Shown here: positions 1 to 10,021 of the stretch, piece after piece
Position numbering within the stretch: the stretch's first letter is position 1
Layout of the letters: each line of letters starts with the position of its first letter
The notes under the pieces: generated by a model
The model's input: only the letters and a program-made list of their open reading frames with translations
The model's database searches: none
Told to the model about the DNA's origin: nothing
Source: Candidatus Cloacimonadota bacterium
GTDB taxonomy: Bacteria > Cloacimonadota > Cloacimonadia > Cloacimonadales > GCA-2742885
Direction: 5' to 3'
Length of the DNA stretch: 64,000 nucleotides
NCBI GenBank assembly: GCA_002742885.1
Contig: PDOO01000034.1
Location: 6,326 to 70,325 of the forward strand
Position numbers and translations under genes: made by a program

Positions 1-2037
1 AACCTTAATTTCCGCAATATTTTCGGATGAAGTATTTTGCAGATAAAACGAAAGTCTGTCCTCGGTCGATTTTCCGACGGATGAAAAAAAGCTTTTAACG
101 CGATCATCTTCTAAAAGATATTTTTCCGCCAAACTGACGTTTTCGTTCGTTTTTTCCAAAGGAGTTCCCGGTTCCGTTCTGATCAGAACAGTAAATTGTC
201 CCTGATCTGTTTCAGGGAAAAATTCTTTGTCAAGCAAGGTAAGGAGAAAAACGGAAACAATAAAAATAAGAAAAAAAATAACCAATACAAGAGTTTTGTT
301 TTCAAGAGAATAATCCAAAAACCTCAAATATGCTTTTCGGAAAGCCGAAAATCTTTTTCTGAAAAAGCGAGAAAACTTCAGGGCTGCTTTACCGGGGCAA
401 GAAAAAATTTTGCTTGCAACTATCCAAATTCCAAGCAACAAATATTTAAAAATAAGATAAATCATTTTAAAAGGCAACAGGATAAATTTAAGAGAAATAA
501 GCAATTTTTTGATTATTTTACCGTGTTCATTTTTCTTTTTTACCGAGAAATTTGATTTTTTTGTTTTTTTCTCGAAAGAAGCCAAAAGAGGTAAAGCAGT
601 CAGAGAAACAATCAGAGAAGAAAGCAAAGAAAAAGTTACGGTAAAAGCCTGTTCTTTAAAAAGAGAAGCAGCAGCTCCTTTCACGTAAATAACAGGTAAA
701 AATACGGCAAGAGTCGTAAAAGTGGAAGCCGTAATTGCCAATCCGACTTCTTTTGTCCCGTCCAAAGCAGCCTGTTTTGCAGGCTTGCCTTTTTCTTTAT
801 GCCGAAAAATATTTTCCGAAACAACGATGGAGTTATCGACCAGCATTCCCACCCCGAGAGCCAAACCGGAAAGAGAAATTATGTTAAGCGAAATATTCTT
901 AAAAAACATCATGACAAAAGAAGTGATAACAGCAACGGGAATAACGACGGCTATGTTGAGAGGAGAGCGTAAATCTTTCAAAAACAAGAACAATATCAAA
1001 AAAGCAAGCAAACCGCCGATGACAATAGCTTCTAAAACGGCATAAATAGACTCATTGATAAATTTTGATTGATCCGATGCCGCGTCAAAATTTATTTCAG
1101 GGTATTCTTTTTGAAGCTCTTTCAAAGTTTCTCTAACGGTTTTGCAAACTTTAACCGTATTTGCATCCGCTTCTTTTCTTATCAATAATCCCAAAGATCG
1201 TTTGGCGTTAAGTCGGGTAATACTTTTTTCTTTTTTCAGCGTTTCTCTTACTTCCGCAATATCTTTAACCAAGATAATTCCGCCGTTTTTCAGATATAAC
1301 ACGGGCGTATTTTCTATGTCTTTCGCAGTTTTAAATTCTCCCGATATTTTTAAATTTATTTTATAATGACCGTCTTTTATTTTTCCGCCCGGAGAATTGA
1401 AACTCGAAAGCGCAATCTTATTTTCGATTTCCCTTAAATTAAGTCCCAAAGATTTAATTTTTCCTTCATCAAGTCTTATTTCAATTTGTTCTTCCGTGTC
1501 TCCGATAATTTCCGCCGAAGCTACTCCTTCCAATTGCTGAAGTCGTCTCTTTATAAGATTTTCTGCCAGTTTTTGAATTTCTTTAATATCAGCCGTTTTT
1601 TTATCGCTTACCGAAATAAACATTACAGGATCATCTGACGGATCAAGTTTAGCTATATTGGGTCTTTCAGCTTCTTCCGGAAGTATGTAACGCAAATTAT
1701 CCAGTTGCTCTCTTAAACTCAAAGACGCATACGCCATGTTTGTTCCCCAATTATATTTCAGGGTGATAACCGAGACATCATCTCCTGAAACAGAGCTTAC
1801 TTTACGCACTCCTTTTAAGGTTGAAACAACTTCTTCGATCGGTTTTGTGATTAATTTTTCTATTTCTTCCGGAGACGAATTTTCATAAACACAAATTACG
1901 GTAAGCTGAGGATAACCGATATCAGGCAAAAAATCAATCGGTAACCTTAAAAAAGAGACGACGCCGGTAATCAGGATAAGGAGATAAAACATCAAGACCG
2001 TAACGGGACGATTAATACTGAATTTAATGATATTCAT
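1..2037 (-). CDS. RND efflux permease (AcrB/HAE1-like), partial; runs off the window at position 1
   Basis: Not in the ORF track because it has no in-window stop. Manual translation from ATG at 2037 gives MNIIKFSINRPVTVLMFYLLILITGVVSFLRLPIDFLPDIGYPQL. The internal motif SLSGLALGVGML was read at 841-900. I saw no minus-frame stops in the stretches I checked (181-360, 541-600, 841-900). AAGGG RBS upstream. Confidence 0.8.
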   Translation of the reverse strand, partial: MNIIKFSINRPVTVLMFYLLILITGVVSFLRLPIDFLPDIGYPQLTVICVYENSSPEEIEKLITKPIEEVVSTLKGVRKVSSVSGDDVSVITLKYNWGTNMAYASLSLREQLDNLRYILPEEAERPNIAKLDPSDDPVMFISVSDKKTADIKEIQKLAENLIKRRLQQLEGVASAEIIGDTEEQIEIRLDEGKIKSLGLNLREIENKIALSSFNSPGGKIKDGHYKINLKISGEFKTAKDIENTPVLYLKNGGIILVKDIAEVRETLKKEKSITRLNAKRSLGLLIRKEADANTVKVCKTVRETLKELQKEYPEINFDAASDQSKFINESIYAVLEAIVIGGLLAFLILFLFLKDLRSPLNIAVVIPVAVITSFVMMFFKNISLNIISLSGLALGVGMLVDNSIVVSENIFRHKEKGKPAKQAALDGTKEVGLAITASTFTTLAVFLPVIYVKGAAASLFKEQAFTVTFSLLSSLIVSLTALPLLASFEKKTKKSNFSVKKKNEHGKIIKKLLISLKFILLPFKMIYLIFKYLLLGIWIVASKIFSCPGKAALKFSRFFRKRFSAFRKAYLRFLDYSLENKTLVLVIFFLIFIVSVFLLTLLDKEFFPETDQGQFTVLIRTEPGTPLEKTNENVSLAEKYLLEDDRVKSFFSSVGKSTEDRLSFYLQNTSSENIAEIKV

Positions 2038-2047
2038 GCTTACCCTT

Positions 2048-3124
2048 TTAAAATATTCTTGCCAGTTTTTCGAATTCTATTTCTTCTTCTATTTTGACAT
2101 TTGCATCATGAGAAAGGGAAAAATTTCCTTTGATGACTATTTTCTGTCCCGGTTCTGCTCCTTCCGTTACGGAAATGAAATTTTCGTTTTCTTCTCCGGT
2201 TTTTACATATTGCCATTTGGCTTTTCCGTCTTCAACCGCAAAAACAAGTTTTTTCCCGTCTCGTACAATTAAGGCATCTTTATAAACAAGGATTCGGTTT
2301 TCGTAATTTTCGGCATCTATTTTTACATCGGCATACATCCCGTGTTTTATCAAAGCGTTATCCGAAATCAATATTTCAACTTCGCAAGTTCGGGAAGATT
2401 CGTTTATTTCGGGAGAGACAGATTTTACTTCTCCCGAGAAGACCTTGTTTTTCAAGCCGGGAAATTTTATTCTTGCTTTGCTTTTCGGTTTGATGCGATT
2501 TATTTCCGATTCCAAAACATTTGCTTTTACGATAATTTTGTTCGTATTAAAAACGGAAAAAAGAGCATCGCCGTTCCTGATACGCTCTCCGACAACAAGT
2601 TCCAAATTTGAAATAAATCCCGAGACCGGCGCTTTTATTTCCGTCTTTTTCAAATTGTATTGCGCTCTTTTCAAAGCAATTTCGGCTTCGGTCAAACCGG
2701 TACGCAATCTCAATTGCTCATCGGAAGAATTTTCTCCGAGTTTTTTCCATGCCTCAAATTCCGCTTCGGCTTTTCTTTTGTTCAATTCGGCTTTTTCCAA
2801 ATCCAAAAGCAATTGCTCGTTATCCAATTTTACAATCACGGAGCCTTTTTCCGCAAAACTGTTGTTGCAATCTTTCACCCAAACGATTTTTTCGTTTAAT
2901 TCCGCCGTAACCTCAACCCTTTGCGCAGCTTTGGCAATACCGTCAGTTTTTACGTGTTTTCGTAAAGAACCGAAATGAGCTTCCGAAACGGTAACCGGAA
3001 CTTTTACGGTAAAATGATGCTCTGTTTCAGCTCGTTTTTCTTTCTTTTTTTCAAAAAATTCTTTAAATTTACAACCGCCGAGCAAGATTGCAAACATCAG
3101 AGTAAAGCATATTGTTTTTTTCAT
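2048..3124 (-). CDS. RND efflux periplasmic adaptor (MFP/HlyD family) lipoprotein
   Basis: 358 aa. Lipoprotein signal MKKTICFTLMFAILLGGCKF. Coiled-coil hairpin (LDLEKAELNKRKAEAEFEAWKKL) followed by beta-barrel-type C-terminus, typical of MFPs. Sits between two RND permease genes. Confidence 0.85.
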   Translation of the reverse strand: MKKTICFTLMFAILLGGCKFKEFFEKKKEKRAETEHHFTVKVPVTVSEAHFGSLRKHVKTDGIAKAAQRVEVTAELNEKIVWVKDCNNSFAEKGSVIVKLDNEQLLLDLEKAELNKRKAEAEFEAWKKLGENSSDEQLRLRTGLTEAEIALKRAQYNLKKTEIKAPVSGFISNLELVVGERIRNGDALFSVFNTNKIIVKANVLESEINRIKPKSKARIKFPGLKNKVFSGEVKSVSPEINESSRTCEVEILISDNALIKHGMYADVKIDAENYENRILVYKDALIVRDGKKLVFAVEDGKAKWQYVKTGEENENFISVTEGAEPGQKIVIKGNFSLSHDANVKIEEEIEFEKLARIF

Positions 3125-3201
3125 AATTTTCCTCGTTTTAAGGATTTTTTATTTTATTCTTTAAATTACCTGACCGAAATAAATAATCGTCATTCCCCGA
3201 A

Positions 3202-6200
3202 TTAATTTAACTGTTCTTTTCCAGATAAAATTCGATACAAAATCGGTAAAAAAGTCATGACAAAAAAAGAGGAAGCAAGCATTCCCCCAATGGTTGACAG
3301 CGCCAAAAGTCGCCAAAAATCAATTTTGTCGCTTCCCTTAAAAAGCATGGGCAAAAGTCCCAAAATCGTAGTCAAAGAAGTAATTGCGACAGGACGAAAA
3401 CGGTCTCTCGTCGCCTGCAAAACAGCTTCATCCAGTTTAAGCCCTTCTTCTCTTAACCTGTTCATACGAAAAACCATAATTATCGAATTGTTCACGACAA
3501 TACCGGAAAGAAGAATGAGACCGAAACTCGCATAACCGGTAAATGATTCTCCCGTAAAAAAATAAATAAAACTCACGCCGATAAAAGACAAAGGCAAAAT
3601 CAATAAAATAATAAAGGGATATTTGAAAGATTCAAAAAGGGAAGCCAACACCATATAAACCAAAATCACGGCAAATCCCAAGAAAACAGGCAATTGTTTT
3701 TCGTCATTTTCCGTATTGCGCCAATACTCGCTTTCGTTTCCGAAATAATACCCGACCGGCAAAGGATAAGATTTTTTCATTTTATCGATAAATTTCCTCG
3801 CTTTTTTTACCGAGCCTCGGAAATCAAAGCTTATGATTCTTGTGTAGAGATCTTCCTCCCTGAAAATTCCGGAAATAACTTCTTCTTTCGTAATCGAAGC
3901 AACCTCGGAAAGCTTGACCCCGTTTCCTTCGTTTGAATAAATAATCAGGTTGCGAAGTTCTCCGATTGAATAATCGTCAAAATCGCTTTCAGAGATTTTT
4001 ATTTTTATTTCTTCATCGGATATTTTTTTGTCAAAAGCCGTAAAATCAGGATTCATTTTACGCTTTATGCTTGAGATAACGCCGTAAATATCTATTCTTG
4101 CTTGTTTGAGTTTTTCTCTGTCAAACCTGACGACATAATTATACAATTTCTGAGAATACCACCGGAGAGAAGCGTTAGTATTCAGATTTCTTATCCTTCG
4201 GCTTGATCTTTTCAGATAAGCGGCAAAGTCATTTGCCGATTGCTTAAGCTGTTCAAACTCATAACCTTTCAAAATGATTTTATGCGAAGCAGAAACCCCG
4301 CCCAATCCGCCTCCGAACGAAGGTCCGAAACCGGAAATCGAAGCGGAAACACCGCCGAAATTTACGGCAAAAGCTTTTAATTTCTCTCGTAAAATTATCG
4401 GTTTGTAAGAGTCGAATAATTCTTCATCCCAATCGACTCTGATCGAAGCCCAAGTTTCTCCGACTGAGGTTTTCATGCTTTTGTAATCGGGATTTTGTTT
4501 GATTTTATCTTCAAATCGTCGAGCAATTTTATCTGTCTGATCTATTTCGCTTCCTGCCGGAAGAGTTAAATTTACGGCAATAAAATGATCGTCAGGATAT
4601 TTAAAAGTAAATCCTCTATCCACTTTTTCGATAAAAATCCAAATCGAATAACCTAAAAAAAGCATTACGGCAACAACCCATGCCCAACGAAATCTGATTT
4701 GAAGTTTTACGATTTTCTGAAAAAAATTCAGATTGGGATTAAAATGAAATTCATCTTCTTTGCGGATCTTTATTTTGAAATTTAAAAATTTATAAGAAAC
4801 CAAAGGAATAAAGGTAAAAGCAACGAAAAGGGAACTCAGCAAAGACAAAACAATGGAATAAATAAAGGGAACAAAATATAATTTTAAATCTCCGGCATAA
4901 AAAATAAAAGGCAAAAAAACGATTATTGTCGTCAAAGTGGAAGCGAAAACAGGTAAAGCTATTTCGTTTATTCCCGTCAAAGAAGCCTCTTTAGCCGAAA
5001 GTCCCCGTCCTCTGTTGCGAAAAATATTTTCATAAACAACAATGGAATTATCCACCGTCATCCCGAATCCCAAAGCCAGCCCTGCCAGAGAAAACATATT
5101 CAATCCTGTCTTAAAATAATACATGAAAATAAAAGTAAGAGAAGCGGAGAAAAAAATCGAAGATAAAATCAAAATCGCGGAACCGGAATGTCTCAAAAAA
5201 ATAAAAAGCACAATAAAAATAATAAAAACAGAAAAAAAACTGCGTTGATATAACGTTTTTAATTCTTTGTTAATGCCTTCTGACTCGTCATCAATCTTGA
5301 TAACTTTGATTTTCCGAGGCAAAAGATTTTTTTGTCGAGCGATAATCTTTTTTATTTTTTTCGATAATTTCAGAACATTCGCCAATTCGTCTTTCTTTAT
5401 CGTCATGCGAATCATCGGCTCTCCGTTGTAACGAAAAATACGAGAAACCGGAGCAGGAACCGTTTTTACTTCCGCAACCTCCGAAAGCAAAAAATATTTC
5501 CCGTCTTTTCCTCTTACTTTCAGATTTTTCAAATCCTCAACAGAGTCATAAACATCTTTTATCATTATAACGGCAACCTGTTCTTTATCTCGGAAATTAT
5601 TTACGGATACTCTTTCTCCGCATTGCATTACCGCTCGATAAATTTCATTTGCCGACACAGGATTTATATCGCTGTTTTTGATGACAACTGACAAATTTTG
5701 CTCTCTTGTTCCTTCAAGATAAATATCGGAAACCCCTTCAAGAGCAGTAATTTTGGGGATAAAATGTTTTCTCGCTTCCTCTTCAAGTTCTTTTGTTTCG
5801 TAAGCTCCGAAAATCCCGTAAGACAAAAAATTTGTTTCCTTAAATTCATCAGGCTGATAAGCATTAAGCCTGATATAAGTATTTTCGGGTAAATCATCTT
5901 TAATCAATTGCAGTCTTTCGTTTACTTCAAAACGAATATAATCCATATCCGCATCACGATTGAATTCCAGGGAAACGTAACAATAATTCGTATGCGAACC
6001 GGAAGAAACTTTGATAATGCCGGGGATTGTGTTGCCCAATTCTTCAATTCGGGAAGTTATGTTTAACTCCATTTCTTCGGGACTTAAATCATGTCGAGAA
6101 CAAACTATGTCCAGCTTGGGATAATCGGTCTCAGGCATCAAGGACAAAGGGATGTTCAAGAGAGCATAAACAGAGATGACGACTATTGTCAGATAAATCA

Positions 6201-6246
6201 TCAAAAAAGTAATCGGACGTTCAAGAGCAAGCTTTGCCAAAAACAT
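3202..6246 (-). CDS. RND efflux permease (AcrB/AcrD/AcrF family)
   Basis: 1014 aa with a 12-TM-type layout. Conserved LAGLALGFGMTVDNSIVVYENIFRN motif. Large periplasmic loops. Confidence 0.9.
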   Translation of the reverse strand: MFLAKLALERPITFLMIYLTIVVISVYALLNIPLSLMPETDYPKLDIVCSRHDLSPEEMELNITSRIEELGNTIPGIIKVSSGSHTNYCYVSLEFNRDADMDYIRFEVNERLQLIKDDLPENTYIRLNAYQPDEFKETNFLSYGIFGAYETKELEEEARKHFIPKITALEGVSDIYLEGTREQNLSVVIKNSDINPVSANEIYRAVMQCGERVSVNNFRDKEQVAVIMIKDVYDSVEDLKNLKVRGKDGKYFLLSEVAEVKTVPAPVSRIFRYNGEPMIRMTIKKDELANVLKLSKKIKKIIARQKNLLPRKIKVIKIDDESEGINKELKTLYQRSFFSVFIIFIVLFIFLRHSGSAILILSSIFFSASLTFIFMYYFKTGLNMFSLAGLALGFGMTVDNSIVVYENIFRNRGRGLSAKEASLTGINEIALPVFASTLTTIIVFLPFIFYAGDLKLYFVPFIYSIVLSLLSSLFVAFTFIPLVSYKFLNFKIKIRKEDEFHFNPNLNFFQKIVKLQIRFRWAWVVAVMLFLGYSIWIFIEKVDRGFTFKYPDDHFIAVNLTLPAGSEIDQTDKIARRFEDKIKQNPDYKSMKTSVGETWASIRVDWDEELFDSYKPIILREKLKAFAVNFGGVSASISGFGPSFGGGLGGVSASHKIILKGYEFEQLKQSANDFAAYLKRSSRRIRNLNTNASLRWYSQKLYNYVVRFDREKLKQARIDIYGVISSIKRKMNPDFTAFDKKISDEEIKIKISESDFDDYSIGELRNLIIYSNEGNGVKLSEVASITKEEVISGIFREEDLYTRIISFDFRGSVKKARKFIDKMKKSYPLPVGYYFGNESEYWRNTENDEKQLPVFLGFAVILVYMVLASLFESFKYPFIILLILPLSFIGVSFIYFFTGESFTGYASFGLILLSGIVVNNSIIMVFRMNRLREEGLKLDEAVLQATRDRFRPVAITSLTTILGLLPMLFKGSDKIDFWRLLALSTIGGMLASSFFVMTFLPILYRILSGKEQLN

Positions 6247-6248
6247 TT

Positions 6249-7481
6249 TTAAAATTCACCCAATATTTTTTGTCCGAGGAAAAGGTCGACTTCAGCCGAT
6301 ATTTTTATTAAATCGAATTCAGCTTTCAGCAAATCGCTTTTTGCCTGCAAAAATTCGTTTTCAGCTGTTTTGTAATCTAAAAAATCGGTTACGCCGGAAC
6401 GGAAAAAAGCTTGAGAAAGTTTAAGTTTTTTCTCCGCCAACGTTAATTTTTCTTTTTGCAAAACTTTGCTTTTTATTTTAAGTCTCAGATTATTTTGGAG
6501 AGACATTATCTGTCTTTCCAGACGTTCAGACAACAAAATTTTATTTAATTCCGCCTGTTTAAGATAATGTTTTCGGATACGGTAATCCGTAATTTCAGCG
6601 GGAAGTTTTCCGAAATCCCAACCGATATTAAGCGATATGCTTCTGTTTGACAACCTTTCGTCTTCTTTCCGAGACGAGAAAAAAGAAAAATTTGACTTAC
6701 GCAAACTTCCGGAAACGTAAAGATCGGGCAATAAATTCGTGAATGCTTTTCTCTTTGCCGAAACCGCAAGCTGAAATTCAATATCATTTTTTAATTTCTC
6801 GAAATTGTTGTCCGCCGATAAAAAATCAAAACTGTCGGACAATTCAATCTTTGTTGCAGCGAGTTTTTCTTTGCATTCCGACTTGGTGATTTGTTCCAAC
6901 TCAAATATTTTCTCGTCGCAAGACTCAATAAGTTCCAGCAATGCCAATTCCAGTTTTTTTATTTCTATTCGCAAAGAATATTTATCTAACTCGGTACGAA
7001 CTCCCGTTTTAATAAGCTCGGCGGTAAATTCTTCTTCAGCCTCGTACTTTTCTTTCAGTTTTTCATAATATTCTGTTTTATTTTGAATCTCCGCTATTTC
7101 GTAATAAAGTTTGATTACTTTAACGGCTAAATCTGCTTTTGCTTGCCGAAAATTGATTTCGGCTTCTGCCGTTTTGAGATTTTGTCTTCGTAAATTGTAA
7201 AATCTGTCATCAAATAAATAAAATGCGCAGCTTGCTTGAAATTCTTGCGACAAATAAGCCGGTTCTCCTTCGGATTCTCTGAAAGAAGATAATACCGAAA
7301 TTTCCGGCAAAAAAGCAAACTTCTCCCGATTTTTTAAAAGACCGTTTATTTCTTTATCATGTAAATCATATTTCAATTTATTGGAATTTTCCAACGCCGA
7401 ACGAATAAGACGAAATAAATCAGATTCGGCTTTTAATCCCGGGAAAATAAAACAAAATAACAAAACTGCCCATTTTTTCAT
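6249..7481 (-). CDS. TolC-family outer membrane efflux protein
   Basis: The ORF is open to 7574, but the signal peptide MKKWAVLLFCFIFPGLKA starts at the ATG at 7481. Two-repeat coiled-coil/beta architecture with heptad-rich sequence, typical of OMF proteins. Stop is 3 nt from the RND start. Confidence 0.8.
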   Translation of the reverse strand: MKKWAVLLFCFIFPGLKAESDLFRLIRSALENSNKLKYDLHDKEINGLLKNREKFAFLPEISVLSSFRESEGEPAYLSQEFQASCAFYLFDDRFYNLRRQNLKTAEAEINFRQAKADLAVKVIKLYYEIAEIQNKTEYYEKLKEKYEAEEEFTAELIKTGVRTELDKYSLRIEIKKLELALLELIESCDEKIFELEQITKSECKEKLAATKIELSDSFDFLSADNNFEKLKNDIEFQLAVSAKRKAFTNLLPDLYVSGSLRKSNFSFFSSRKEDERLSNRSISLNIGWDFGKLPAEITDYRIRKHYLKQAELNKILLSERLERQIMSLQNNLRLKIKSKVLQKEKLTLAEKKLKLSQAFFRSGVTDFLDYKTAENEFLQAKSDLLKAEFDLIKISAEVDLFLGQKILGEF

Positions 7482-7583
7482 GAAAACCTCAAAATTATTC
7501 CTTAAAAACTTCGCAAAGATAAATTCCGCTGACCGAAAAAGGTTACATTTTTTAGAGAATTTATAAATAATCAATAAGTTAAT

Positions 7584-8957
7584 CTAAAAATTCAATAAAT
7601 AAAATAATATTGCAAGTAATAGAATAATAATAATGACTTTTACAAAAATAAATTGCTTCTCAATTATTTTTTTTAATTTTTTATTATCCCCAAAATAAAA
7701 AAAAACTCCCCAAACCAATATCAACGGAGTTATAAAAGCAATGTTGTAGTAAAATATTAATATTAATGTATAAAAATTAAAATTATGTTCCTGAAATATT
7801 ACTTTTAAAAGCGGAACATAAATTTGACCAGTGCAAATACCCTCAATAAGAGCTATTTGTATACCAACAACAAAAAAAGTAATTATAATATATTTTTTAT
7901 TTATTCCATTACGAATGACTTTATGTATCTTTTGTTTAAATTTTAGAGGTAACCTGTTCATAACTTTATCATACTTTTTATATTTAAAAAATATAAATAA
8001 ATCGTATAATGAGATAATTATAAAGAATATAAGACTGCCAATAATTAAGTAATCAAAGGCAATTTTAATTTTGGAATATTTACTTAATATTTCCAATATA
8101 TTTATTAAACCAATTCCTATAAAGATATAAGTAACAAAAATACCCAATGAGAAAGATGTACCTATCTGAAAAATTACTTTTTTATCTATACGCAAAAAAT
8201 TTAATAATGTTATAAAGAAAATTATTGTAGAGAAAGCACATGGATTAATTCCGTCTATAAGACCTGACAGACCCAAAAGAACTAAAAAATCAGATTCAAA
8301 TTCAATATTTTCGTCCTTTATTTCACTACTGTTTATGTGTTTAACAGCGATATATTTTTTTTTAAGAGAAGAGATTTTTTTCAGAATATTTTTTTTACCG
8401 TTAAGTATAACAAATTTTCCTGTATTACTGTAATAAGTTACTACATTTGTCTTTATTTTATCAATGTGATATTTTTTTTTTATTTCAAATAATTTTATTA
8501 TATTTTCTTTTTTATTAATATCCAATAAATTAACATAATATTTATTTAATTCTGCATTTTTTTTTAATATTTCTTTAATCCTTTTGCAAGAACTGCATTC
8601 ACTCGAATAAAAATAATTGATTTCAGGAAAAATTTCTTTTAATGTACCGTTTATAGAAATTAAATCATTTGTAGAGTCAGCATATTCGATATAAATTTTC
8701 TTAGGGAAAAAAAAATTGTTATTCTCAATATTAATTTTAAATTCTAATTTTTTATCTTTTATAACAAGGTTCGTTATACAATTACACCCCGGGATAACTG
8801 CAACACTTTTTCCAGGTAATTCAATACTCACATCAATTTGGTTACCAGGATTAACACAACCTAAGTCATAAATAACTTCACAGTTTAAGATACCGTAAGC
8901 AATTAATAATAAAAAGGTTAAATTAACTTTTATTCTCATAAAAACAGATTTTAACAT
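7584..8957 (-). CDS. Tri-domain envelope redox protein: DUF1573-like Ig domain + glutaredoxin/thioredoxin-like CxxC domain + DsbD/CcdA-like multi-TM domain
   Basis: 457 aa with a signal/anchor. PGCNCIT resembles the DUF1573 SCGCT motif. YFYSSECSSCKRIKEIL is a CxxC redox motif. The TM block has Cys in GLIDGINPCAF and a second membrane Cys in EGICTGQ. The start overlaps the upstream stop (TAATG). Confidence 0.55.
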   Translation of the reverse strand: MLKSVFMRIKVNLTFLLLIAYGILNCEVIYDLGCVNPGNQIDVSIELPGKSVAVIPGCNCITNLVIKDKKLEFKINIENNNFFFPKKIYIEYADSTNDLISINGTLKEIFPEINYFYSSECSSCKRIKEILKKNAELNKYYVNLLDINKKENIIKLFEIKKKYHIDKIKTNVVTYYSNTGKFVILNGKKNILKKISSLKKKYIAVKHINSSEIKDENIEFESDFLVLLGLSGLIDGINPCAFSTIIFFITLLNFLRIDKKVIFQIGTSFSLGIFVTYIFIGIGLINILEILSKYSKIKIAFDYLIIGSLIFFIIISLYDLFIFFKYKKYDKVMNRLPLKFKQKIHKVIRNGINKKYIIITFFVVGIQIALIEGICTGQIYVPLLKVIFQEHNFNFYTLILIFYYNIAFITPLILVWGVFFYFGDNKKLKKIIEKQFIFVKVIIIILLLAILFYLLNF

Positions 8958-10021
8958 TAATTTAGAATCAGTTTATTTTTTATTATCGAGAAAATTTCGT
9001 CTTCTGCTTCAGGGTCAGTTGCAATAAGCTCAATTTCACCTTTGACTAAATCGGCGTTTAATATCCTTAAATTATGAGTCAGGGAAGCTTTATAAGAAAA
9101 ATTTTCATCAAATACGCAAAGCAGCATTTTTTTATTATCGTATTTACTTCTTAATTGCCAAGGTATTGTATAATTAACCAAAAAATCATTTGTTTCTTTA
9201 AGTCGAAAAACATCCAAAACAGTCCAATAAAAAATATTCGAAAAAGCAAAATTTTGCATGCCGGTTTCACTTTCGTATTTTTTATTTAATTTTTTGGCAG
9301 AAATATTAAAAGGACTTATGTAACCGGGAAACATTATTTCTTTTTCAGTAATTTTATTTGTCAAAGCATCAAGAATGTAAACATAAGAAGAATAATTGCA
9401 AAATATATATATTTTGTCACCAACTTTCACGGATCTGATCGTTCCCGGTTCATTTTTATCAATAAACTCAGGCAATTCGTCTATTCTCAGGAGATGGCGG
9501 TAAAATTTATAATGACGACCTTCTTTTTTATATTCATCAACAATATAACGACTTCCGGAGGTTTCGGGAATGAGAGTTCTTCCCAAAGCGTATAAACTGT
9601 TTCCGGCAAAATTCATATTAAAAACATATCTGTTTTCAGGAATAAAGCTGTTTTTTAAATTCAAATTATCCTCTAAAACTGTTATCCTGCGGTTAATAAT
9701 ATCAGCAATAAAAATAAGGCTGTCTTTAACGGAAAACGCAGAAAAAATGCCGTATTCTCCCGGTCCCGAACCTTGACCTCCGGTTTTTGCCTTAAGTTTT
9801 CCGGAACTGTCAAATTTAAATACAGAATGAGAGAGATAATCACCGACAACAAATGATCCGTCATCAAATTGCGCGTAATTAACAGGCACATAAGCAAGAG
9901 TATCAATAATTGTTTCCGGTTCAGAAAATCTTACTTTCCCGGATGAATCTGAATCGGATAAACCTTTACCGCAACCGAAAATAAAAAAGTTGAAAATAAA
10001 AAGTACAAGTAATTTATTCAT
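8957..10021 (-). CDS. 6-bladed beta-propeller lipoprotein (BF3164/TolB-like/NHL-like family), paralogue 1
   Basis: 354 aa. Lipobox FIFGC. Motif GGQGSGPGEYGIF...ADIINRRITVL is shared with the ORFs at 10533-11582 and 12573-13529. ATGA overlap with the upstream gene. Confidence 0.65.
   Translation of the reverse strand: MNKLLVLFIFNFFIFGCGKGLSDSDSSGKVRFSEPETIIDTLAYVPVNYAQFDDGSFVVGDYLSHSVFKFDSSGKLKAKTGGQGSGPGEYGIFSAFSVKDSLIFIADIINRRITVLEDNLNLKNSFIPENRYVFNMNFAGNSLYALGRTLIPETSGSRYIVDEYKKEGRHYKFYRHLLRIDELPEFIDKNEPGTIRSVKVGDKIYIFCNYSSYVYILDALTNKITEKEIMFPGYISPFNISAKKLNKKYESETGMQNFAFSNIFYWTVLDVFRLKETNDFLVNYTIPWQLRSKYDNKKMLLCVFDENFSYKASLTHNLRILNADLVKGEIELIATDPEAEDEIFSIIKNKLILN

Noticed and set aside
196-1366. 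Plus-strand ORFs 196-555, 722-1045 and 1142-1366
   Set aside because: They are antisense to a continuous minus-strand RND permease frame carrying conserved AcrB-type motifs. That real gene is missing from the track only because it runs off the window.
7482-7574. N-terminal 31 codons of the tolC-like ORF
   Set aside because: The signal peptide starts at the internal Met (7481), and the upstream residues are not signal-like.
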